From a virus, in the IMG/VR virus record IMGVR_UViG_3300023174_000129, positions 1 to 64,000 of that record: a stretch of 64,000 nucleotides of DNA. One strand, 5' to 3'. How positions within the stretch are numbered: position 1 is the stretch's first letter; each line of letters starts with the position of its first letter. Below the pieces are notes generated by a model. The model had not been told where the DNA came from and ran no database searches. It saw only the letters and a list, made by a program, of their open reading frames with translations. Of this stretch, positions 10,907-21,540 are shown piece by piece. Both the position numbers and the translations under genes were made by a program.

Positions 10907-11692
10907 TTACTTAATCTTTGGTATATATTTTTTTAAAGCACTAATAATATGGTATTGCTTTATTCTTAACATAGCAATACAATTTAATTCTTTTTTCCAG
11001 TCAATTTCAGATAAAACCTTAATAATTTCAGATTTTAATTCATTATTTTTTATTTGTATCTTATATTCACCTGAATATGTTTCTCCTTCTTTTAGTATTT
11101 TTCCAGCAGAACCATTTCCCCAATAACACATGCGTAAATCAAAGCTTAAATCTAAATAATTTTTAGCATCTTGTCTTATTATTACAATATCTTTTAATTT
11201 GTCAGATTGTTTTTGATTTATACCATTATCAGGTCGTTTATAGATGTTAAAACAGCAATGGAGTTTTCTATCGGAAAAATTAATTTTTCTTAAATCATAA
11301 CTATATATCAAATTAAATTCAAACATTGATGCTGAATTATTTAATTGACTTATAGGCAAAATAAAAGCAATATAGTCCGCTATTTGAATTGATTTTTTAT
11401 AAAATTTTTGAGCCAAATTCATTCGTGAGCCAAATGGCGGATTTCCAATAATTAATCTTCCTTTTAAATAATTTATATTTAAATCTAAATAATCTTGCTT
11501 AATTATTTCTTCTGCTTCTGGCTCAATATCATAGGCAATACAATTTATCTGTGAACTAAAAGAACCATCGCCTGCGGATGGTTCTATAGTTTCAGATATA
11601 TTATTTATTCCTATAATTTCTATTGTTTTATCTATACACCATTTAGCAGTTTTTAAGTCTGTATAATACTTGTCTAAATAAAGTTTAGCCAT
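10907..11692 (-). CDS. N6-adenine DNA methyltransferase
   Basis: DKYYT, IEPSAGDGSF (motif I), IGNPPFG (motif IV). Confidence 0.85.
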   Translation of the reverse strand: MAKLYLDKYYTDLKTAKWCIDKTIEIIGINNISETIEPSAGDGSFSSQINCIAYDIEPEAEEIIKQDYLDLNINYLKGRLIIGNPPFGSRMNLAQKFYKKSIQIADYIAFILPISQLNNSASMFEFNLIYSYDLRKINFSDRKLHCCFNIYKRPDNGINQKQSDKLKDIVIIRQDAKNYLDLSFDLRMCYWGNGSAGKILKEGETYSGEYKIQIKNNELKSEIIKVLSEIDWKKELNCIAMLRIKQYHIISALKKYIPKIK

Positions 11693-12090
11693 TATGAAAA
11701 AATAAAATCAATTTTTAAAAGATCTTTTAATTTTATAGTCTCAAGACCTAAACTATCAAAAGGAATTGGCTCTAAACTTATAGTAGAATCAGATGACAAT
11801 AAAGATTCCATTTCAGTTTGAAATCCTGTCATATCATTGATTTTAACAGCACCTTCGACTACTTGATTTGTTTCATCATAAACTTTAAGTGGTTGTCCAT
11901 TTAAATCTTTATCGACATACTTATCAAGTATTTTTTGTTCCATTTTTAATTTATCTTCAACTAATGTTGATATTTCTTTAATGATTCTCATTAATTTAAA
12001 TGCAGCACCAGCTTTAATATCTAAATCCATTAAATTATTAAGTGCTACAACTGCATCATTATTTAATTGTGCATTTTTAATTTTTATCAT
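11692..12090 (-). CDS. Hypothetical phage protein
   Basis: 132-aa ORF coupled to neighbours. Confidence 0.6.
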   Translation of the reverse strand: MIKIKNAQLNNDAVVALNNLMDLDIKAGAAFKLMRIIKEISTLVEDKLKMEQKILDKYVDKDLNGQPLKVYDETNQVVEGAVKINDMTGFQTEMESLLSSDSTISLEPIPFDSLGLETIKLKDLLKIDFIFS

Positions 12091-12103
12091 ATAAATTTAA
12101 TTT

Positions 12104-12829
12104 TTATTTATATACTTCTTTTTTATCAAGAAGTTTAATTCTTTCATTTGAAATGTGACAATAATTTTCTTCCTTTTCGATTAAAATATAATTTCTATTA
12201 CTTTCTATAGCTGCCACAGCAGTTGTTCCACTACCACCAAATGTATCCAAAATAACATCATTTTGATTTGAATGTTTTAAGATTAAATCTTTAATTAAAG
12301 ATAATGGTTTTTGTGTAGGATGTTGTGTTCTTTCTTTGCCATGACAAATTGGATAATTATAAATACCCTTATCATATACAGAATTAAAAGTTGGTTTTCC
12401 ACCTTTTACGAAAGTAAAAAAGAATTCAATAGCATTTGAAAGATAATTATTTTTTGAATTAACAGGAACAGGATTTGTTTTAACCCATTGACATACCCTT
12501 GGTTGTTTAAATCCATATTTTTCAGAAGTTTCTTTTAATTCATTACATTTCCATATATCATAAAAAATTATTAAACTACCACCAGTTTTTAACACTCTTT
12601 TCCATTCTTGAAATAAAGTATTAAAATCTAATTCTTTTTTATCCCATTCACCAAAATCAATTGAGATAACATTAAATTTTTTATTTTCAGAACCTTTTGA
12701 AAAATTAGATTCTCTTGAAATAAGATAAGGTGGATCAGTTAAAATTAAATCTATTGAATTAGATTCCAATTTTGATAATATATGCAAACAATCATCATTT
12801 ATGACTTTATTTATATAATCTATATTCAT
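12104..12829 (-). CDS. Beta-class N4-cytosine/N6-adenine DNA methyltransferase
   Basis: LILTDPPY, HPTQKP, ILDTFGGSGTT. Confidence 0.92.
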   Translation of the reverse strand: MNIDYINKVINDDCLHILSKLESNSIDLILTDPPYLISRESNFSKGSENKKFNVISIDFGEWDKKELDFNTLFQEWKRVLKTGGSLIIFYDIWKCNELKETSEKYGFKQPRVCQWVKTNPVPVNSKNNYLSNAIEFFFTFVKGGKPTFNSVYDKGIYNYPICHGKERTQHPTQKPLSLIKDLILKHSNQNDVILDTFGGSGTTAVAAIESNRNYILIEKEENYCHISNERIKLLDKKEVYK

Positions 12830-12855
12830 TATTTTTATATATCATAAAAATAATC

Positions 12856-13611
12856 CTACATAAATAAAGTCTCAAAATCAATTTTCATATCTAACTCCAC
12901 GATTTTATTGTTATATTTAAGAGTATAACCAATTGCTGGATATATGGTATCAACTATTTCTTCAATTTTTTCCTTTTCTTTTTCATCCAAATCTTCTGTA
13001 AAAATTGTAATTAAATTATTAATCTCATTATCTGATAAATAATTTTTATTACCAAGAAAAAATAAAAAATCATAATTATTTTTCACACCATTACTATCAT
13101 TTTCTTTAAATAAATAATCAACTAAACAATTTTCAACACCAACAGAAGGTAATGAAAATCTATAACCATATTTTTCAAATTCGTGTGTTTCAGAATTATA
13201 TAAACATCCTAATTTATCATAATTAAAATAATTAAAATGCTTCGCATCAAATGGAACATGACTTATATTTTCAAATATATCTTTAAAAGGAACTAATATA
13301 TCTTTAGCAGTAGTAAATTTAACTATTTCAAAAAATATGTATAATAAATCATTTGATTTAATATCTTCATATGTGTATTTTTTGTTTAAAACTATATTAT
13401 TTTTTATAATTCTTTTTGTTTCTTGTAAAATAGTGCTTATATCGTCCTTAATATAATTAAAATTATAAAGGAGTATATCATCAGCACTTGCTTTTTTTAT
13501 TCTGATAGTAAAATCATCCTCATAAAAAAGACCTTGTGTGGGCAATTCTTTAACTGGTAAAACTTTTTGATTAGTTAAACTATCTAATATATTTAAAACA
13601 CCGATAGACAT
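12856..13611 (-). CDS. Baseplate hub assembly-like protein (T4 gp26/gp51-like)
   Basis: ELPTQGLFY...IRIKKASADD N-terminal pattern. Confidence 0.45.
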   Translation of the reverse strand: MSIGVLNILDSLTNQKVLPVKELPTQGLFYEDDFTIRIKKASADDILLYNFNYIKDDISTILQETKRIIKNNIVLNKKYTYEDIKSNDLLYIFFEIVKFTTAKDILVPFKDIFENISHVPFDAKHFNYFNYDKLGCLYNSETHEFEKYGYRFSLPSVGVENCLVDYLFKENDSNGVKNNYDFLFFLGNKNYLSDNEINNLITIFTEDLDEKEKEKIEEIVDTIYPAIGYTLKYNNKIVELDMKIDFETLFM

Positions 13612-13620
13612 TTCTAATAA

Positions 13621-13947
13621 TTAATTCTTGATATTATCAAACCCCAATTTTTTGATAACATTATATACTTTTTCATGAAAATCTCCTTGTATAAGGATTT
13701 CACCATTTTTTATGGTGCCACCAGCACCACAATTGCATTTAACAATTTTAGCAATTCTTTCCAAATCTTCAATAGAAGAATCTATATTACTAATACAAGT
13801 AATTAGTTTATTATTCTTAATTTTTCTAACTGAAATTATAACTTCTTTTAAAAAATCAATAGATTTTTGCGTATTCTCATCTTCATTAATTTTTAACGCA
13901 AAATTAGTTGAATAATATACACCGTTTGTAAATTGTTTTTTGCTCAT
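13621..13947 (-). CDS. SUI1/eIF1-like translation initiation factor (YciH family)
   Basis: KLITCISNI...KCNCGAGGTIKNGEILIQGD. Confidence 0.85.
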   Translation of the reverse strand: MSKKQFTNGVYYSTNFALKINEDENTQKSIDFLKEVIISVRKIKNNKLITCISNIDSSIEDLERIAKIVKCNCGAGGTIKNGEILIQGDFHEKVYNVIKKLGFDNIKN

Positions 13948-13968
13948 ATGAATTATATAATAATAATT

Positions 13969-14745
13969 TTAAAAGTTAAAAAATAAATTATAACCCCCGA
14001 ATTTTTTAATATATTCTGTAACTGGAACACCATTTCCATCTTTTGGTATTATAACACCATTTGAATCTAAAAACTTTTTAATTGCCGATGCACCTACTAA
14101 ATGTGACCCAGCAAGTAATCCAGATTTAGTTATTTTTACACCTGAAATAATTTTTCCTTCAAAATTATCTATATAATCACCTAAATACTGATTATTTAAT
14201 TTAAGTAATTTAATCATAGATTTATCTTGCATTTTTTCTGGAAAAATAGCAGGATTTTTTCTAAATTTATGAGTATCTATTTTATGATCCAAAGCTAAGT
14301 CTTGTAAAGCAGATTTTCCAAATTGATATTTTCCAATATACCCAAATCTATTTATCGCTTTGGGATCTGAACTTGATTCTTTTTCGGCTAAAGCACTTAA
14401 AAATTTATTAATTTCATTTTTAACTGGCTTAGCCTGTTGAATAATTTCTTTACTTTGTTGAGCATCAATACCAGCTTTAACTATTATATCATTTAATTTA
14501 TTTATTCCCATATAAGAACCAAGTAATATAGTAGCAATTATGCTTAATACTTTTACTTTACCTTTAAATCGTTTGAATAGATTTAAAATAACTTCTTCAA
14601 ATTTTTCAGTATCAATCTCATACTCCTTATCGATAAATTTTTCAATCCTATTAAATAAAGTATTTAAACCTTCATTAGAAGTTTCTGATAATTTTTCCCA
14701 TTTATTATATTCTAATTCTAATAAATAATCATTCCATTTTAACAT
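13969..14745 (-). CDS. Lysozyme/lytic-transglycosylase-like protein
   Basis: ALAEKESS (catalytic Glu) ...GYIGKYQFG; hydrophobic segment VLSIIATILLG. Confidence 0.65.
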   Translation of the reverse strand: MLKWNDYLLELEYNKWEKLSETSNEGLNTLFNRIEKFIDKEYEIDTEKFEEVILNLFKRFKGKVKVLSIIATILLGSYMGINKLNDIIVKAGIDAQQSKEIIQQAKPVKNEINKFLSALAEKESSSDPKAINRFGYIGKYQFGKSALQDLALDHKIDTHKFRKNPAIFPEKMQDKSMIKLLKLNNQYLGDYIDNFEGKIISGVKITKSGLLAGSHLVGASAIKKFLDSNGVIIPKDGNGVPVTEYIKKFGGYNLFFNF

Positions 14746-14786
14746 ATACTATATATTATAATATATATAGTATATGTTAAAATGGA
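14733..14786. repeat. 54-bp near-perfect palindrome spanning two divergent start codons
   Basis: tccattttaacatatactatatatta|taatatatatagtatatgttaaaatgga; both genes start MLKW. Confidence 0.85.
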
Positions 14787-15298
14787 TTAAATTATTTGAA
14801 AACTTTTCAGAAAATTATTATCGTGCTACAAATAATTTCTTAGGTAAAGAAACTATATTTATACCTAAAGATTTTTATGAAGCTATTGACAAAAACGATA
14901 ATCCTATATATAAATATGATACATTTTGGATGTCAAATATACCAGAAATTTGTGCCTCTAAATATATTGGCGGAGCTGTTTTAGGATGTCTATCTATGCT
15001 TATAAATATAAATGTAAATAATATAAATTCAATAAATATTTATAAAATAGAAGAAATACCAGATAAAGATATATCACACTGGAATATAGGTGATTTTAGA
15101 TATATTAAAGAAGTTAGGTATAGAAGACCTGTTAATGGATATTTTGTAGGTGAAATTAATTTAACTAATGAGCAACTTGAATTAATAAAATTATATTATG
15201 AATATATTTCAGCGGATGAATATGACCAGAAATATGATTTATTAGAAAATAACAAATTTCAAGAAATGTTAAATAATATAAAAATAAAGCCGCTATAG
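14774..15298 (+). CDS. Hypothetical protein, tag family, weakly ART-like
   Basis: Starts MLKWIKLFENF; YYRAT...EICAS...KEVRY arrangement. Confidence 0.5.
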   Translation: MLKWIKLFENFSENYYRATNNFLGKETIFIPKDFYEAIDKNDNPIYKYDTFWMSNIPEICASKYIGGAVLGCLSMLININVNNINSINIYKIEEIPDKDISHWNIGDFRYIKEVRYRRPVNGYFVGEINLTNEQLELIKLYYEYISADEYDQKYDLLENNKFQEMLNNIKIKPL

Positions 15299-15317
15299 CG
15301 GCTTTATTTTTATATTA
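15274..15317. terminator. Bidirectional terminator (long palindrome)
   Basis: taatataaaaataaagccgc-tata-gcggctttatttttatatta. Confidence 0.75.
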
Positions 15318-15337
15318 TTTAATTTAATACATTTTAT

Positions 15338-16411
15338 TTAAAAATCAAAATCCGAAAAATCTGTATCATTTAAATCCGCTTTAACCGCCGCCTTATTATA
15401 AGATTCAATTTCTGATTCTTGCGGTGCTACTTGAACGCCTCCAGAATTAGTCCATGCATTAATCCAATTAATAGGATTTGTCACTTTATCAAAAATAGGT
15501 TCTAAATCAATTGCTTTCATTCTTTGATTACATAAAAACATCATATATTGTTTTAATATATCAGCGTTTAAACCAAGCATTGAACCATCTTTGAATAGAT
15601 AATCAGCCCACTGCATTTCTTCTTCAGCAGCATCTTTAAACATCTTAATAACTACTGGTTCTAATTCTCTAACAACTTCTTGAAAACCTTCATCTTCACG
15701 ATTTCTTAAATCTTTAAGCATTTTTTGAGTAAAACCAAGATGTAAGTTTTCGTCTTTATTGATTAAAGATATAATTTTAGCATTTCCTTCCATTTTGCCA
15801 TTTTGTGCAAAAGCATAAGAACAAGCAAAACTAACATAAAAACGAATTCCTTCAAGTATATTAACTGACATTAAAGTTAGATATAACTTTTTCTTTTTTT
15901 CATATTCTGATTCACCAAAAGAATTAATCAATTCATCGTAGTATTTAGTAACCGAAGATGCTCTTTTTAAGATTTCCTCATCATTTAAAGTATTATCAAA
16001 TACTTCACCTGGTGAATGATACACATTTTTAATTATAAATGTGTATGCGTAAGAGTGAATAGTTTCAAAAAATGCCCATGCCGAACAAAATGCTTCAACT
16101 TCTAAATTAGAAAGATCTTCTGTTAAGTTAGGAATACCTCTACTTTGAATTGAATCTAAAAGTATTTGGTATTTTAAATTAGAAGTAAAAATAAACTTCT
16201 CATTTTCAGTTAAACTTTTATAATCTAAACGATCTTTTGATAAATCAACTTCTTCTGGCAACCAGAAAGAATTAATTTGATTTTTAAAAAGTTCAAAAAA
16301 ACCAGGATACTTAAATTTATCGTATCTCTGCAAAGACATACCATCATTGCCAAAAAAAACTGGAATTTTAGTATAATCTATCGTGTTGTCTGTATTAATT
16401 ATTTTATTCAT
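15338..16411 (-). CDS. nrdB: Ribonucleotide reductase class Ia beta subunit
   Basis: FWLPEEVDL, DSIQSRG, ETIHSYAY, LEGIRFYVSF, DENLH, VAPQESEI. Confidence 0.97.
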   Translation of the reverse strand: MNKIINTDNTIDYTKIPVFFGNDGMSLQRYDKFKYPGFFELFKNQINSFWLPEEVDLSKDRLDYKSLTENEKFIFTSNLKYQILLDSIQSRGIPNLTEDLSNLEVEAFCSAWAFFETIHSYAYTFIIKNVYHSPGEVFDNTLNDEEILKRASSVTKYYDELINSFGESEYEKKKKLYLTLMSVNILEGIRFYVSFACSYAFAQNGKMEGNAKIISLINKDENLHLGFTQKMLKDLRNREDEGFQEVVRELEPVVIKMFKDAAEEEMQWADYLFKDGSMLGLNADILKQYMMFLCNQRMKAIDLEPIFDKVTNPINWINAWTNSGGVQVAPQESEIESYNKAAVKADLNDTDFSDFDF

Positions 16412-16422
16412 ATTATTTATCT

Positions 16423-16725
16423 TTATTTTACCGGAACATAAATTGTCGTCATAACTTCTTTTGGCATAACTTCAATTAAATCGCAATCGAAATCGCAACG
16501 TGAAACTTCACCAGTTTCTTCATCATAATCAAAATTGTAATAGATGTCCCAATCACAATAACTACCTGCATAATATTTTCCAGTTGACAAATCTTGAATC
16601 ACTACATCATGATCAGATCCACCATCTTCTGGATCAGAACTGGAAATATTATCTTCAATCAATTTAAAATCATTTCTTTTCTGGTTTGTATACAGTTCGT
16701 ATAAAGTTATTTCGTTTATTTTCAT
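16423..16725 (-). CDS. Hypothetical acidic protein
   Basis: Likely start MKINEIT at 16725, after TATTTTTG box. Confidence 0.55.
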   Translation of the reverse strand: MKINEITLYELYTNQKRNDFKLIEDNISSSDPEDGGSDHDVVIQDLSTGKYYAGSYCDWDIYYNFDYDEETGEVSRCDFDCDLIEVMPKEVMTTIYVPVK

Positions 16726-16850
16726 AATTATTATTTTTACAAAAATAAGAAAAAATGTCTGAATTAACAAAAATTTAGACATTTTTTCTTTTATTATTTG
16801 TTATTAATAAATGTCTATAAGTTTATAGTATTTCTCGTTTTTTTATAGAT

Positions 16851-18071
16851 TCATCTATATTTTTCACAAAAATACTTAATTATAAATTGTTTACATACAT
16901 TTAAATTATTATTATGATTAGACCATATAACAAGATAATTAAAATTATTATTAATTGCCATATCTTTTTTATCATTATCCATTTTTATAACTTCATCAGC
17001 AGTTCGATTTGTATAAAGTTGTTTCCAATTATTTAATTCTTCGTTTGTTAAACCATAATAAGGGTGAAATTTTTCTCCATTATATTCAATTATAATTTTT
17101 ATATTCTTATATAAAATTGTAAAATCATAAAAATTATATTTTTTATTATCCTTATCATATAAAAAATACTCTTGCTTACCATTATTACCATAATATACAC
17201 AAACATTCTTATATGTTTCTATAAGCCATTCATATAATTTATCAAAAATTTTGAGCGATTCTTTTGATGTTTGTCTTGTGTTAAGAAAGTTATTACAATT
17301 TTCCAACCAATATTCATTTTTCATTTTATTACCTTCATCAATAGAATACCCTTTATTTAGATAATAATCTAACGATAACCTTGATTCTTTTCTTTTAATT
17401 TCACTTATTATTAATTTAGCGTCTACAGGATTATATCCTCGTTTTGTATAATATTCTATACACCATCTACTATTCTGTTTATTATATTTATTTATATAAT
17501 CCTCGGTTTTATCTTGAAAATGTTTTTTAGTATGTTTTGCTTGATATTCTTTTAATTTTTCTTTAGCTATATTTTCATCTTCGTAAATATTATTCCAATA
17601 TTCAATACTTCTTTTTGATGTATTTTTTTGTTTGTTTTTAAATTCTTCAAATTTTAATTCACCCTCAATATTACCATATTTTTTAACAAATTTATCTATG
17701 CCTATACCATATGTATCCTTATAATAATTTTCATTATAATAACCATATTTTAGAAATAAATATTGCTTTGAGCATCTATCTTTATTATTGTTTTTTGTAT
17801 ATGTGATAAATTTTACTAATCTATCTTCGTCAAGAGATATGTTAACATCATTATTATTTAGATAATTAATTAAAGAAAACCTATCTTCAAAATATTTTTT
17901 CAGGAGTGATAAAAATATTTTTTTAGATTCATAATTTAATTTATATTTAATTCCATAATATTCTTCAATAAAAGAATTATCATCTTTAATTAATTCAATT
18001 TTCTCAATTTTTTTAATTAAAGATGATAATTTAAATTTGCTATCTATTTCTTCACCATTTATATATATCAT
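16851..18071 (-). CDS. Putative homing endonuclease (repeats plus C-terminal PD-(D/E)xK/Vsr-like domain)
   Basis: Lies between nrdA and nrdB; repeated IEYY/W..GY motifs; FYDFTI...IIIEYNGEKFH; likely start 18071. Confidence 0.6.
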   Translation of the reverse strand: MIYINGEEIDSKFKLSSLIKKIEKIELIKDDNSFIEEYYGIKYKLNYESKKIFLSLLKKYFEDRFSLINYLNNNDVNISLDEDRLVKFITYTKNNNKDRCSKQYLFLKYGYYNENYYKDTYGIGIDKFVKKYGNIEGELKFEEFKNKQKNTSKRSIEYWNNIYEDENIAKEKLKEYQAKHTKKHFQDKTEDYINKYNKQNSRWCIEYYTKRGYNPVDAKLIISEIKRKESRLSLDYYLNKGYSIDEGNKMKNEYWLENCNNFLNTRQTSKESLKIFDKLYEWLIETYKNVCVYYGNNGKQEYFLYDKDNKKYNFYDFTILYKNIKIIIEYNGEKFHPYYGLTNEELNNWKQLYTNRTADEVIKMDNDKKDMAINNNFNYLVIWSNHNNNLNVCKQFIIKYFCEKYR

Positions 18072-18081
18072 ATTATATATA

Positions 18082-20400
18082 TTATAAATGACATGCTCCC
18101 CCTTCACAACCCACAACATTCGGATCTTCTAATTCCATAATTGTATCTTCTTTAGAAATTATCTTTTCAGTAGTGATTAAATCTTCTAATTTATCAGATT
18201 TATAATCTTTACTATTTGCATAATAAATTTGTTTTCCACCCCATTTATAAAAATTCAAAACATCTTTAGCCATTTCAGAAAGAGGAATATTACCATCTGA
18301 ATATTTACGCTTATCATAATAATGATTTACTGATATACCTTGATCAAACCATTTTTGAATAATTGCTACAACTTTATTCATAGCTGTGTTATCAAATTCA
18401 TATGAAAACTGATATTTATTCTTTAACCTATTCATTTCTGGAACAACACATGGTAATGGTCCGCCTGATTTTGATTTTTTAGTTGTAATCAATTTTCTTG
18501 GAGCCTCAATACCATTTGTTGCGTTTGATACAACTGCTGAAGATTCAGTTGGCATTTGTGCTGTTAAAGTTGAATTTCTCAAACCATGTTCAATTATATC
18601 TAATCTTAAAGTTTCCCAATCTAATTCTAAATCTCTTTTAATCAAAGAATCAACATTTTTGTTATAATGATCAATTGGTAATAAACCTTTTGAATATTTT
18701 GTTCTATCAAAATATTCACATTTACCAAACTCTTGTGCTAACTTATTAGAAGCTTTCAATAAATAATATTGAACATATTCAAATAATCTATCAATTTCCA
18801 TCAATGATTTTTCATCTGTGTATGTTAAATTATTTTTTGCTAACCAATAAGCAAAATTAGTCACACCAACTCCAATTGATCTTCTCTTTAACATTTTTCT
18901 AGCTGCTGCAACTGGATAATCTTGCATATCAATTACAAAATCCAAAATTCTTACAGCATATTCAGCAACCTCTTCTAATTCATCTAATGATTTTATAGCT
19001 CCTAAATTAAATGCTGCTAAAACACATAAAGCAATTTCACCTTCTTCGGAATTAATATCATGAATAGGAGAAGTAGGTAAATTAACTTCTTGACATAAAT
19101 TAGACATATTAATTTTATCTAAAAATGCTGAATGTGTATTTGCATTATCAATATTTTGTATATAAATTCTACCATTTTCCAATCTTTCTTGTAATAATAG
19201 ATTCATTACCTCTGTTGCTGGAATAGTAATTTTGGAAATTGATGCATCATTTTCATATTTAAGATACAATTCTTCAAATTTATCATTATCGTAACCAAAA
19301 TAATCATACAATTCAGGAACGTCATTTGCCGAAAATAATGTTATATTTTCTTTCTTCACGAATCTTGTATAAAATAATCTACACAATTGTATTGAATGGT
19401 CCATTCTTCTAACACGTGCTAATTCATTACCAGCATTGTTTTTCAACACAAGTATATCCATTATTTCTTTATGCCAAAATGGATAGTGTGCTGTTGCTGC
19501 ACCACCTCTAATACCACCTTGTGAGCATGATTTAACAGATGATTCAAACATTTTCAAAAATGGAATAATACCAGTATGTATTTTTTCACCATTATTTACA
19601 GATGCTCCAATTGCTCTTAAACGAAAATTTAAACCGATACCAGCCCTATTTGAAATATACCTTAATACAGCATGATTAGATGCAGCAATTGAATCTAAAT
19701 CGTCAGCCACGTCAACTAAAACACATGATGCAAATTGACGATTTGGTGTTCTAACTCCCGCTAAAATAGGCGTTGGTAATGAAATCTTTTGTAAAGAAAG
19801 CATTTCATAACATCTTTTTACCTTATCTAATTTATCTTCTTTAGTATAATTAGCAAAAAGAGTCATAGCAATTAAAATATACATAAACTGCGGTGTTTCA
19901 TAATGCTTGCCAGTTTTTCTATCTTGCACTAAATATTTATCCATCAATTGTTGAATACCTGAATAAGTAAGGTCTTCGTCTCTTTTATGTTTGATGAATT
20001 GTTCTATTTTATCCATTTCTCTTTCAGAGTATTTAGTTAAAATACCAGAATCATATACCCCTCTATCAGCATTTTCTTTAATAAAAGTTTTTAATCTTGG
20101 AAAAATATTATAAGTATTAAATACTTCTTTTCTTAAAAGAAAATTAATTAATTTAGAAGCAACATATTGATAATTTGGTGTTTCTTCTGTAATCATGTTT
20201 ACGGCTGATTGAATTAGAACTTTATGAATTTCAATAGCAGTAATACCATCATAAATCTGAAGTTTTGCATTCATAGCAACATCAGATGCAGATACATTAC
20301 TAATATCATCTGTAGCCCATATCAGAACTTTATTTATTTTTTCATAATCCAAAAGCTCGCGCCTGTTGTCTCTCTTGACAACATAAATTTGTTTTGTCAT
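18082..20400 (-). CDS. nrdA: Ribonucleotide reductase class Ia alpha subunit
   Basis: ATP cone (VVKRD), QFASCVL, SNLCQE, MPTESS, C-terminal CEGGAC. Confidence 0.98.
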   Translation of the reverse strand: MTKQIYVVKRDNRRELLDYEKINKVLIWATDDISNVSASDVAMNAKLQIYDGITAIEIHKVLIQSAVNMITEETPNYQYVASKLINFLLRKEVFNTYNIFPRLKTFIKENADRGVYDSGILTKYSEREMDKIEQFIKHKRDEDLTYSGIQQLMDKYLVQDRKTGKHYETPQFMYILIAMTLFANYTKEDKLDKVKRCYEMLSLQKISLPTPILAGVRTPNRQFASCVLVDVADDLDSIAASNHAVLRYISNRAGIGLNFRLRAIGASVNNGEKIHTGIIPFLKMFESSVKSCSQGGIRGGAATAHYPFWHKEIMDILVLKNNAGNELARVRRMDHSIQLCRLFYTRFVKKENITLFSANDVPELYDYFGYDNDKFEELYLKYENDASISKITIPATEVMNLLLQERLENGRIYIQNIDNANTHSAFLDKINMSNLCQEVNLPTSPIHDINSEEGEIALCVLAAFNLGAIKSLDELEEVAEYAVRILDFVIDMQDYPVAAARKMLKRRSIGVGVTNFAYWLAKNNLTYTDEKSLMEIDRLFEYVQYYLLKASNKLAQEFGKCEYFDRTKYSKGLLPIDHYNKNVDSLIKRDLELDWETLRLDIIEHGLRNSTLTAQMPTESSAVVSNATNGIEAPRKLITTKKSKSGGPLPCVVPEMNRLKNKYQFSYEFDNTAMNKVVAIIQKWFDQGISVNHYYDKRKYSDGNIPLSEMAKDVLNFYKWGGKQIYYANSKDYKSDKLEDLITTEKIISKEDTIMELEDPNVVGCEGGACHL

Positions 20401-20523
20401 ATTTTATTATATTTTTTTATTTCGGAAAATATCCATTAACAACCTTTGCAAAAAATTGTTAATTATATATTGATTATTTTTATATCAAAAAAATCGAATG
20501 TTGCTTTTTTTTCAAAAATCAAA

Positions 20524-21456
20524 TTATAAAAAATCTATATTATTTAATTTATTTAAATTATATTTAAATTTAGTATTATTAAGTATTTTCGTAATTTGTG
20601 TTAATTCTAAATTATAAATCTTTTCATATGAATCAACTATGATCAAATTATCATCAATTTCTATAACTACACCAGTAATTATAATATTTTGATTTATTTC
20701 ATTATCAAACCAACTAAATTCAACTTCGGTTCCATTATTTATATTTCTAAATGAAACTTCTGGATTTGTGCTATATTTTCCAATATGTTCTTGTAATTCT
20801 TCAATAATTAAATTTCGCCATTTATTATCTAATAATTTAAACATATTAAATAAATTATCTGAAAAATATACTGCTAATTCGTTAAAAAGTTCGACATTAG
20901 TGAAACTTTCATTCTTTAAATGTGTCTTCAATAAGAAATAATAATTATTAAAATCAGATTTTGAAGGTTTTCTTCTATTATTTAAAAAATTTAATTCGGT
21001 ATTATGCATTAATACCTCATATACTTTTTCTTTAATTCGTTTTTCTTTTATATAGTTCTCATTATCAATTGATTCAAACCAATAAAGTGAGCCTTTATCA
21101 ACTTCAAAGTTTTCATTAAAATATGATGAATTTGCTTCAAATTCATCGTCCATTAAAGGGTCTTCCTTTTTCCCCTTAAATATAGAATCATATTTTAAAC
21201 TATGTTTTCCTTGTATTTTATGTTTAGACATAACAATATCTTCATCTTCAATAACATCAGTTATATCCGAATCTAAATTATCTTCTATTGATAATTCTTC
21301 ATCTTCTTCAATATTAACATCGTCTAAAATATCATCATCAATTTCCAATATTAATTCTATATTGGAATCTTCTAATAATTCGTCCTCAATTTCATTCATT
21401 TCTTTATCATTTTCATTTGGATCAATAGGATCGACATTATTTAGGTTATTATTCAT
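20524..21456 (-). CDS. Hypothetical protein with acidic N-terminus
   Basis: 310 aa; first ~70 aa D/E-rich. Confidence 0.6.
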   Translation of the reverse strand: MNNNLNNVDPIDPNENDKEMNEIEDELLEDSNIELILEIDDDILDDVNIEEDEELSIEDNLDSDITDVIEDEDIVMSKHKIQGKHSLKYDSIFKGKKEDPLMDDEFEANSSYFNENFEVDKGSLYWFESIDNENYIKEKRIKEKVYEVLMHNTELNFLNNRRKPSKSDFNNYYFLLKTHLKNESFTNVELFNELAVYFSDNLFNMFKLLDNKWRNLIIEELQEHIGKYSTNPEVSFRNINNGTEVEFSWFDNEINQNIIITGVVIEIDDNLIIVDSYEKIYNLELTQITKILNNTKFKYNLNKLNNIDFL

Positions 21457-21540
21457 TTTAATAAAATAATTTTTTTTAAGGTTTATATTAAATTTAATAG
21501 AGGAAGTTTCTAACTATTATATATTAAATTTAATATTTAA

